From positions 1 through 42,522 of IMG/VR virus record IMGVR_UViG_3300022867_000024: a stretch of 42,522 bases of DNA. One strand, 5' to 3'. This DNA comes from a virus (lineage: Duplodnaviria; Caudoviricetes). How positions within the stretch are numbered: position 1 is the stretch's first letter; each line of letters starts with the position of its first letter. A program made the translations under genes and the position numbers. This document shows, piece by piece, positions 27,057-34,278 of this stretch. The notes under the pieces were generated by a model that saw nothing but the letters and a program-made list of their open reading frames with translations, was not told where the DNA came from and did not search any database.

Positions 27057-29513
27057 TTAGGCAAAGAAAAACTTAGCTTTCTCTAGTAAACTGATATCCA
27101 ATGAACCCTTTTCAGGCACATTAGGTAGAGTTTTCCTTAACTTCTCAGGTAGTTGTTTTTCAACATCATCTTTAAAGTCTTGCAGTACGTCATGTTTAGT
27201 AAAGATATTCATAAAAGCCTTTCTTATGCTTATGTTAAGTTTATCAATGTCACACGCATTTGTGGCGTAACTATCATGCACATTACAAAAGTTTTCTATT
27301 CCTGCTTCTTTTGCAATATTTACACAAATCATCATTGCCGCAGAATCTAATCCGTGAACAAAATTTGGAGCTACCCCATTTTTTTGGCGTAACTTGTCAG
27401 TTAAGTCAGTCTCAGTATTAATACGAGGTTTAATAACTTCTCCCATTAACATTGCTTTAACTCTTTTAGATTTCATTTCAGGATAACTTTGAAATATAGG
27501 AAAACCTGTTGGAGCAATCCAAGTGATTGGTAGTTGTTCTTTAGAAACAATTTTAGCTATGTCTTGAAGATACTTCATACCACTTCTAGCAGACATTAAG
27601 TTGTCTCCTATGCTGTCCCAGATAATACCAGACAGATAACTTGCAGGTTTGAACATATCATTTTCAAATGGGTGCATTTCTCCTTTATCTTTTCTTTTAG
27701 TCAAATCTTCCACAACAAAATCTGTGCAAGAAAATCTAGTAGAGCCGTAACAGATAGTCATAATACTTCTTTTAGTAGTAGTACGTTTAACTCCATAGTC
27801 TAACCATGCTTGTGCATAAGGTTTATATTCAGCTACATCTAATTTAAGTTTTTCATTAACTGTGTTTGCAACTAATTGATAAATGTCTTGTGGTGTTTCT
27901 ACTGGTAATAAATTAACCATCTTTCCTGCTTTTTCATCTTTAAGCATTAAAGAATAAATTTGAAGACCATTACAACTTCCATCAACATTAACAGGTATGT
28001 AAGAAATAAAACCTTCACCTTCTTTTAGGTATCTAGCCCACTCATCACAAAATGCTAAAAATTGAAAAGCATTCCCTGCGTTCTCCCACTGTCTATTAGT
28101 TAATGGGTCTTCCGCACAAGCTACAATCATAGCTTCATTATCTTTAGTCCATTGTTCTCTAGCTTCAAATGTTACTTTATCTTCTCCATACATATTAGCA
28201 CCATGCACAGCTAACCAGAACACGCCTCTATTCTCTATAGTGATAGGCTTACCTTTAGCAAAATTTAATAATGCTTTAGCACCGTTAACGGATTGATAAT
28301 TAAGAAATGCAGGGACACAATATGCTCTTCCTCTAAAGTCTAATTGTATTGGAAAATATAAAGTAGCAAAGTCTTTAAACTTATCTGCTAACCAAATTAT
28401 TTTTGCAAACAATAACCTTTTAGAAAACATACGGTTATTCTCTGTGTGAACAATTACAGCTTCTTTTTTCCAAGATTTTCTACTGATGTCGTTGGTATCA
28501 ATATCATGCGGTTTATTGGGTATCTCTTTATTCGTAGTTGGAGGCATTCCACCGATAGACATTCCTCTATCCCACGCTTGTTTCATTACATCTAAGATAA
28601 AATGATTAATCTTATAAGCTGTTGATTGCATAGCATTGACCGCACTATAGACCTGTGGCATTTCAAAGTTTTGCAACTCTTTTTGGAACAGTTTTTTGCC
28701 TAAACCGTGCTGTTTAACTAGCTGTAATTCAGGGAGTTCCTTAGTCCAATAACCTCCACCAACAGTGCTTTCCCACGACTTAGGAGGCATTACAGTAGGC
28801 ATATATTCTGGGTTTAGGAGTTCATTGAAGGTATTTCTCTCTTTAATCCAATCTCTAGTTTTTTGAGTTTGTTTGATAACTTTAGTCTTTTTATGCTTAA
28901 CAGTTTCAGTCTTAATTTCTATCATTCCTGTCGAATATATCATCAGTTCAATCAAACGTAGTCCAACGTGTAATTTCTCTGGTGTAGTCCATTCTTCCCA
29001 TTTCATTATTTCGTCTCTCTTGGCACTCTCTTTTAGTTTTCTTCTTTTATAAGTGTAGTTCCAACTTCTTCTGTCTAAGTCTTGACGTACCGTTTGGTAT
29101 AACTCTGGGTTTAATAGCTTGAAATTTTTCAGTGCTATTTCAGTTTCTACTTTACCACCTAATGTTATGCAGGTAGCAGTTAAAGGTCTATTTTGGGTGA
29201 TTGTGTTTATGATTGACTTTGCGGTGATGAGAGCCAGAATTTCTGGTTCAACTTCACAAATTTTAATGAATGCTAAAGGTGGCTTTTTAACAATATTCTT
29301 TGAGGTGTCTTCTATCCATTGGGCTATCTCCATAGCTAAAGGTCTAATGGTATTAGCAACCATGACTTTACCATAAGAGGTAACACTTTCTTCTTCTCTA
29401 ACAATATGGGATTGTAGCCTTGTATTCGTTCTGTGGACACCAGAGAGTGCCATGTCTTTCTCGTTTGATAGTTGGTCTTTGAATGTAGGTAGGGCTTCTA
29501 ATAACTTCGTCAT
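27057..29513 (-). CDS. Single-subunit T7-like RNA polymerase (818 aa from MTKLL)
   Basis: DFRGRAY, DGSCNGLQ, R.TTKRSIMTICYG, PNFVHGLD, HDS; GGAG RBS precedes ATG at 29513. Confidence 0.96.
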   Translation of the reverse strand: MTKLLEALPTFKDQLSNEKDMALSGVHRTNTRLQSHIVREEESVTSYGKVMVANTIRPLAMEIAQWIEDTSKNIVKKPPLAFIKICEVEPEILALITAKSIINTITQNRPLTATCITLGGKVETEIALKNFKLLNPELYQTVRQDLDRRSWNYTYKRRKLKESAKRDEIMKWEEWTTPEKLHVGLRLIELMIYSTGMIEIKTETVKHKKTKVIKQTQKTRDWIKERNTFNELLNPEYMPTVMPPKSWESTVGGGYWTKELPELQLVKQHGLGKKLFQKELQNFEMPQVYSAVNAMQSTAYKINHFILDVMKQAWDRGMSIGGMPPTTNKEIPNKPHDIDTNDISRKSWKKEAVIVHTENNRMFSKRLLFAKIIWLADKFKDFATLYFPIQLDFRGRAYCVPAFLNYQSVNGAKALLNFAKGKPITIENRGVFWLAVHGANMYGEDKVTFEAREQWTKDNEAMIVACAEDPLTNRQWENAGNAFQFLAFCDEWARYLKEGEGFISYIPVNVDGSCNGLQIYSLMLKDEKAGKMVNLLPVETPQDIYQLVANTVNEKLKLDVAEYKPYAQAWLDYGVKRTTTKRSIMTICYGSTRFSCTDFVVEDLTKRKDKGEMHPFENDMFKPASYLSGIIWDSIGDNLMSARSGMKYLQDIAKIVSKEQLPITWIAPTGFPIFQSYPEMKSKRVKAMLMGEVIKPRINTETDLTDKLRQKNGVAPNFVHGLDSAAMMICVNIAKEAGIENFCNVHDSYATNACDIDKLNISIRKAFMNIFTKHDVLQDFKDDVEKQLPEKLRKTLPNVPEKGSLDISLLEKAKFFFA

Positions 29514-29707
29514 GTTTATAACTCCTGTGTATGTGTGTGTTATGTTTTTGGGATTGTATCTATAAGGGGGTCTTTTATATTGATACGCTATCGGATTAAC
29601 GTACAAAAATTGTTTCGTCCTTTGGCACTCAACGGTTTACTAGTTAAAGAATAGTTGAGTGTTTACTTATCTTTTTGACAGTGACGTATGCGAAAGCGTA
29701 TCAATTA

Positions 29708-29724
29708 CAGAGGATTGCAAATCC
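29708..29724 (+). other. Putative attP core matching a tRNA-Cys anticodon arm
   Basis: CAGAGGATTGCAAATCC in the integrase-RNAP intergenic region; related pelagiphages integrate in tRNA genes including tRNA-Cys. Confidence 0.7.
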
Positions 29725-29819
29725 CATTGCATTAAATCGCTATCGTATTGGTCTCTTCTACTATCATTGTTCAGTAACATTAATCAACTATCCTTTAACT
29801 TTCGTTATCCCTCTATCGG

Positions 29820-30695
29820 TTAAGCACTTTTGTTAATCGAATTAAGGACATTTACTGCACCCATCAAATTATTTGGTATCAAATGAGCATATCTTTTTAT
29901 CATCTTCCACGACTTGTGACCTAGCATTGCGCCTATCATGTGAAGTTCAACTTTACCTGATTGAGCCAGACGAGTTGCACAAGTGTGTCTTAAACAATGA
30001 ATAACAAACTCTTTGTCTTCAGTAAGGTTCATTGCTTTTCTTAGTCTTCTCCAAGTATTCTCACATGTCCAATACTTCAACTGTGAAAACACAAGGTCGT
30101 TTCTCTCCGCTTTAGTTAACAACTTATCAACGATTGCTTTAGCACGATATGTTAGTGGTATTCCTCTAGCTTCACCATTCTTAGTGAGACTAGCAGGTAA
30201 ATTAACAACAGTGTGTCCGTTGTTAGTGTGTACCATCAACTTCTTAATAGACAGTGCTTCCCCTAAACGCATTCCAGTGTCGATTAAAAATAAAAAGAAA
30301 TCTGAATAATTAACCATATCCCATTCAGTTAATAATTTAATAATCTCCTTCTCTTCTGGAGGCTCTAGGTATCGTTGTCGTCCATTGTTTTCGCTTTGCC
30401 ATTCAATGTGAGGCATTCTATCTAAATGATAAATAGATTGTCTTTGATTGGCATAACGTAACATCTTAGAGATTGAGGACATATAACGATTTATAGTAGC
30501 AGGAGCAAATTTCCTGTCTTCTAAAGTATCCACGAGTTGTGCTATGTGGGTATCGTTAACTTCAGTCACAAGCATTCCACGACCAAGCATTTCAATTACT
30601 TTTTCGCCTCTACTCGCTTGCAACTTTTCCCAACCTTTATCTGTTAACTTGCGGTGTATCTCCGATAGCAACTTTACATTCTTTTGTTGCAACAT
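29820..30695 (-). CDS. int: Tyrosine integrase
   Basis: TGMRLGE (R), TKNG (K), HCLRH (HxxR), LGH, RYAH (Y). Confidence 0.95.
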   Translation of the reverse strand: MLQQKNVKLLSEIHRKLTDKGWEKLQASRGEKVIEMLGRGMLVTEVNDTHIAQLVDTLEDRKFAPATINRYMSSISKMLRYANQRQSIYHLDRMPHIEWQSENNGRQRYLEPPEEKEIIKLLTEWDMVNYSDFFLFLIDTGMRLGEALSIKKLMVHTNNGHTVVNLPASLTKNGEARGIPLTYRAKAIVDKLLTKAERNDLVFSQLKYWTCENTWRRLRKAMNLTEDKEFVIHCLRHTCATRLAQSGKVELHMIGAMLGHKSWKMIKRYAHLIPNNLMGAVNVLNSINKSA

Positions 30696-30719
30696 GTGTA
30701 CCTCCGCTTGTTGTCATTG

Positions 30720-31046
30720 TTATTTGACCAAATCAGAAAGAGTGCTGAACACTCTTCTGCCTTTTGCAGTTAAACGTACAAGTTTTCTTCTACGTTCATC
30801 TGGGTCTTCAAAAGCCTGTAATAAGCCTATCCCAAGTCCGCCCCTAGTCTTGTCACTTAATTTGTAACAGTTCCTAGAAACACTTGATTGAGCTATGCCT
30901 AATTTAGTTGAGATGGTTTGCATACTTACTCCATCTTTGTCTCCATATAAACTAACATAAAAGAAAACCGCTATTGTTTGGCTTTCCATATGACTGTCGA
31001 ACTTACGCATTTCCTCTATTATTTTCAATAAATTCAATCCGTGCAT
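30720..31046 (-). CDS. MarR-type winged-helix regulator
   Basis: LGIAQSSVSRNCYKL...EDPDERRRKLVRLTAKGR. Confidence 0.85.
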   Translation of the reverse strand: MHGLNLLKIIEEMRKFDSHMESQTIAVFFYVSLYGDKDGVSMQTISTKLGIAQSSVSRNCYKLSDKTRGGLGIGLLQAFEDPDERRRKLVRLTAKGRRVFSTLSDLVK

Positions 31047-31168
31047 TAGATACTCTCCTGTTTTTCATCTTATTAGTGGCTATTTTGAAAGTGCAGTCAC
31101 TCACACTTATAGATTAATTTACTTAGGGTAAGGGAAATAGCTTTTCCAATAGCTTTAGATAAATTAAT

Positions 31169-31291
31169 TTATGATACATACAACCTATATTTTCCAAAAT
31201 CAATTATAGTCTCGTGTGTATCTCTGGTTACAACCAGATTACTCCATTTAGTATATTTTTCAATATGCAGTTTAAAAAGAATAAAATTCAT
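31169..31291 (-). CDS. 40-aa hypothetical peptide (not in ORF track)
   Basis: MNFILFKLHIEKYTKWS...DFGKYRLYVS; GAGGAG RBS. Confidence 0.6.
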   Translation of the reverse strand: MNFILFKLHIEKYTKWSNLVVTRDTHETIIDFGKYRLYVS

Positions 31292-31311
31292 AGTTATAGT
31301 TACTCCTCTAG

Positions 31312-31458
31312 TTAAGCATTAATTGGAGGTGAGGTTTCAGTGTGTGACACCCAACAACCTTTGTTATTACATGATGATGTACTGGTTAATTTAGTCTGTC
31401 TCGTGAACAAGCCAAATACCTGTATAGGCAATTGCCTAACTCTTCTTATTCTTTTCAT
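31312..31458 (-). CDS. 48-aa basic peptide (not in ORF track)
   Basis: MKRIRRVRQLPIQVFGLF...; AAGGAG RBS. Confidence 0.45.
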   Translation of the reverse strand: MKRIRRVRQLPIQVFGLFTRQTKLTSTSSCNNKGCWVSHTETSPPINA

Positions 31459-31544
31459 TTTTTCTCCTTTCATTTTTGCATTTCTGATTAAGCTATCCTG
31501 TCACAATTAGTAATTGCAAGAGGATAATTGATGTAAGCTACAGT

Positions 31545-31605
31545 GCAAAATACACCGTCTAGTCATTAGACGGCATTTCATGGATTAACCAATCGTCAGT
31601 TTTGC
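31545..31605 (-). ncRNA. Hammerhead ribozyme, type I
   Basis: GCAAAA CUGACGA U-UGG uuaau CCA-U GAAA UGCCGUCUA augac UAGACGGUG UA^ UUUUGC: full core plus three stems; predicted cut between 31551 and 31550. Confidence 0.85.
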
Positions 31606-31607
31606 TT

Positions 31608-31820
31608 TTAATTTATCTTTAACTCAGCATCATCTTCTTTTTTTAACTGGTCTTGTTCTATTTTTAACTGATTAATTTCTTTTTGATTTGCAATTACGAT
31701 ATCCATAAGTTTAAAAGATTGTGCCATTAAGACATCAATGCACTTTCCTATAGATAATTGTTTGTGTAAGTTTTCCAGTTTTATTGATTTATAGTTACTT
31801 GTGTGTTCATTTTTTGTCAT
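31608..31820 (-). CDS. Hypothetical early protein
   Basis: 70 aa, coiled-coil C-terminus. Confidence 0.55.
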   Translation of the reverse strand: MTKNEHTSNYKSIKLENLHKQLSIGKCIDVLMAQSFKLMDIVIANQKEINQLKIEQDQLKKEDDAELKIN

Positions 31821-31846
31821 ATCTGCCTTTGTTGTGATTAATTGAA

Positions 31847-32021
31847 ATAAACTCGCCGTCTAGTCCTTAGAGAGAGTTTTTAGAAATAAACTCACCGTCT
31901 AGTCATAAGTATTGTTTTTTAGAAATAAACTCGCCGTCTAGTCATAAACTCGCCGTCTAGTCATAAGCATGTTGGCAAAGAAATTTTGCTACACGCCTAC
32001 AAATAAACTCGCCGTCTAGTC
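31847..32021. repeat. Five direct repeats of ATAAACTCRCCGTCTAGTC
   Basis: Copies start at 31847, 31886, 31925, 31944 and 32003; gaps 20, 20, 0 and 40 nt. Confidence 0.95.
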
Positions 32022-32044
32022 ATTTAAGAAAGTTTTTAGTATTG

Positions 32045-32076
32045 GAAAACGCTACCTAGTTAATAGATAGCGTTCT
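32045..32076 (-). terminator. Candidate terminator or processing hairpin
   Basis: AACGCTATCTA-TTAAC-TAGGTAGCGTT followed by only a short U-tract. Confidence 0.45.
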
Positions 32077-32098
32077 CTGTGTGTGCTTTGTTAGTTTT

Positions 32099-32494
32099 TT
32101 AACTTAGCTTTTTTAATGGAAACTGTACTACGTTGCTGTTTGCCATCAAATAGATATAGAACTCATCACCGCCCAAAAACTCATGTAAGTTCCAATTATT
32201 AAAATGGTGTGCTTTCAGCTTTTTAAGGTTTTTTAATAAACTTAAAATTGAAGCCTTATTATTATTTATATTATAATTACAAGTTTGTAATTTGAATTGT
32301 ATTTTTTCAACGTCTTTACTAGGTACAAAAACTTCAAACCAATTAAAAACGTCATCAAAAAACTTCTTTTTGTTTGATGCACCGCTTAAAGGTTTGAAAG
32401 TAAAATATTGCTTACCCTTGTTTGTAGGCTCATATTTACAATTCAGTACATCTGTGCCGAGTATAGTGAATTGCTTGATTTCATTTTGTAGCAT
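32099..32494 (-). CDS. Hypothetical early protein
   Basis: 131 aa, GAGGAG RBS. Confidence 0.7.
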   Translation of the reverse strand: MLQNEIKQFTILGTDVLNCKYEPTNKGKQYFTFKPLSGASNKKKFFDDVFNWFEVFVPSKDVEKIQFKLQTCNYNINNNKASILSLLKNLKKLKAHHFNNWNLHEFLGGDEFYIYLMANSNVVQFPLKKLS

Positions 32495-32533
32495 TGCGTC
32501 TCCTCTGTGTGTGTTTGTGTTTGTATGACTTTT

Positions 32534-32576
32534 AAAAAGTCTCTAAGCCTACTCTGTGTGAATAGGCTTAAAGTCT
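32534..32576. repeat. 43-bp exact intergenic repeat, copy 1 (hairpin)
   Basis: Identical to 32989-33031. Confidence 0.95.
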
Positions 32577-32766
32577 ATTTAAATTCTTCTTCAAACATTC
32601 CTTGTTTTCGTTTTTCTAATACTTCTAATATTTCTCTTGCTCTGTTTGGTGTCAGTTCCATTTGATTGGTGGCGTTTCCGTCTCCGTCAAATATCTTTAC
32701 GCTAAAACCATATTTAGTAGTTTTCAGTCTTTGGAATTGCGTTTCTATGTATTCTTTACTATCCAT
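32575..32766 (-). CDS. Hypothetical early protein (63 aa from MDSKE)
   Basis: TAATG-coupled to the upstream ORF. Confidence 0.6.
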   Translation of the reverse strand: MDSKEYIETQFQRLKTTKYGFSVKIFDGDGNATNQMELTPNRAREILEVLEKRKQGMFEEEFK

Positions 32767-32930
32767 TAATGTACCCAACCTTCCGCAATAGCTGAATGAA
32801 ACAATTTTAGCTTGTCCGCTTGTGTTGCTGTTTGGTATCCTTCAAACAGTTCTTTTTTTTCTGTCTCATCTTTATACTTTGAGATTGTTTCCGCCCTCTG
32901 TATGTTTTGAACGCATTTTGATATACGCAT
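32766..32930 (-). CDS. 54-aa hypothetical early protein (not in ORF track)
   Basis: MRISKCVQNIQRAE...AIAEGWVH; GGAG RBS. Confidence 0.6.
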   Translation of the reverse strand: MRISKCVQNIQRAETISKYKDETEKKELFEGYQTATQADKLKLFHSAIAEGWVH

Positions 32931-32988
32931 ATTTATCTCCGTTCTGTGTGTTTGTTAGTGTTTGTATGACTTTCTTAATTTAAGATAA

Positions 32989-33031
32989 AAAAAGTCTCTA
33001 AGCCTACTCTGTGTGAATAGGCTTAAAGTCT
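32989..33031. repeat. 43-bp exact intergenic repeat, copy 2 (hairpin)
   Basis: Identical to 32534-32576. Confidence 0.95.
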
Positions 33032-33035
33032 GTTT

Positions 33036-33545
33036 TTAATTCGTTCTATAAATGTAATAATCAACGTCGTCGATGTTAGCTTCTTCCTCCGAACCATCAT
33101 AATGATTAAGAAAATGACCTCTGCCGTCCATTTTAGCGTCACGTTTCCATTTCTCAGTATCAAAATAAGAACGTGCATTCTCTGGCAACTCTGGCAAAAT
33201 GCAGTCGTCAAGATAGCTGTCCAGAGCCTCGTCCCATGCGCACTCTGCTTCTTCCTCTGTCATTACATCATATAAACGTTCTCCGCTTTCTTCTGTTGTG
33301 TATGCGTCCACGTTCTGCCAAACGTCAAAAACTGACGAGCCACAAATTATAGGCAAGTCATTAAAGCCGTCCGTCTGTGTACTGTCATAATCTCCGCTAT
33401 CTCTTAGCGTGACCGCTAACGCTTTCATTCTTTCTTCTGGTTCTTGTGTGCCAACTGTTAGAAAATTAAAGCCGTCTACTGTGTGTTTAACAAGTTTGTC
33501 AGACGTTCTGCTAAACTCATCTTTTTTAATTGTGTTTGTTTGCAT
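33036..33545 (-). CDS. Acidic first early protein (169 aa from MQTNT)
   Basis: GGAG RBS at 33554-33557; D/E-rich; first gene after the terminal non-coding region. Confidence 0.7.
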   Translation of the reverse strand: MQTNTIKKDEFSRTSDKLVKHTVDGFNFLTVGTQEPEERMKALAVTLRDSGDYDSTQTDGFNDLPIICGSSVFDVWQNVDAYTTEESGERLYDVMTEEEAECAWDEALDSYLDDCILPELPENARSYFDTEKWKRDAKMDGRGHFLNHYDGSEEEANIDDVDYYIYRTN

Positions 33546-33558
33546 TGTGTTAACTCCA

Positions 33559-33620
33559 TTGTTTGTTTCATGCTGTCCTCTGTGCAATCGTCAGTAGCGT
33601 ATTAAACGCCATACAAACAA
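33559..33620 (-). ncRNA. Hammerhead ribozyme, type III
   Basis: UUGUUUG UA^ UGGCGU uuaau ACGCUA CUGACGA U-UGC acagaggaca GCA-U GAAA CAAACAA; predicted cut between 33612 and 33611. Confidence 0.88.
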
Positions 33621-34055
33621 GCTGTCCGTAACATCACACAGAGTGACCGCTTACAGCTTTGGAGGACTTTCCACACACTTTAAAGACTTACTCGCCCAGA
33701 TTAACCCTATCGGAAGGATTGTCACCGTGTGTGGCTCTAGATTTTTGTATGTAGATAAAAACCAGTAAAAATAAGTATTAAAAGAGTAATAACATACCAT
33801 TTACGGATTGCAAGCATTAAATTAAATTAAATCACTAGCGTATTGTTAGAGCTGTGTCTTTGGTGTGTCTTCTATGGAGGTGTTATCATTAATAATAATA
33901 ACTATAATGAATGCTTATGAGGTGTACTTGTGGTGTACCTTAGGTGTACCAATGGTAGATACTAGCTAGTAGGTAGGTATATATATATGGTGATATATAC
34001 ACTTATATGCGCATAGGATACACTATATACACAGTGTCTTTCTTTTTTGTTTTCA

Positions 34056-34071
34056 CTAAAATGGGTACTTT
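34056..34071 (-). promoter_or_regulatory. Putative phage-RNAP promoter AAAGTACCCATTTTAG
   Basis: Same 16-mer in the terminal region (phiOL/phiOR-like). Confidence 0.65.
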
Positions 34072-34111
34072 TATAATTAAATATCAATAGCCTTTGCTTG
34101 CGTTCTGTCTT

Positions 34112-34278
34112 TGGTGTAGCTGTGCGTGGCTGTGTGTGGCTGTGTGGTGTGTGTTTGTGCGTGTGTGTGCATACTTAATGAATGCGTGAGGTGTGTGAGT
34201 GTGCATATATAAAGAACGCTTGAGCGTGTGGCTGTGCGTTGGCTCTGTGTGTGCTGTGCGTTGGCTCTGTGTATGTGA
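34112..34278. repeat. GT-rich low-complexity repeats
   Basis: GCTGTGYGTG units and tandem GCTGTGCGTTGGCTCTGTGT at 34231 and 34253. Confidence 0.85.

Noticed and set aside
26815-27060. 81-aa plus-strand ORF between RNAP and ssb
   Set aside because: Region is better explained by the phage promoter and a 37-aa minus-strand ORF with an RBS
29514-29606. 31-aa N-terminal extension of RNAP
   Set aside because: A clear GGAG RBS and CA-rich leader precede ATG 29513; the extension covers regulatory sequence
31847-32021. 19-nt repeat array as a mini-CRISPR
   Set aside because: Repeat is short and non-palindromic, gaps are irregular (0-40 nt) and partly similar to each other, and there are no cas genes
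33546-33587. 14-aa N-terminal extension of the acidic early protein
   Set aside because: Lies within the hammerhead; the RBS supports ATG 33545
33805-33813. GGATTGCAA as a second att core
   Set aside because: Only 9 bp without the closing arm; more plausibly part of a minus-strand -35-like TTGCAA or chance
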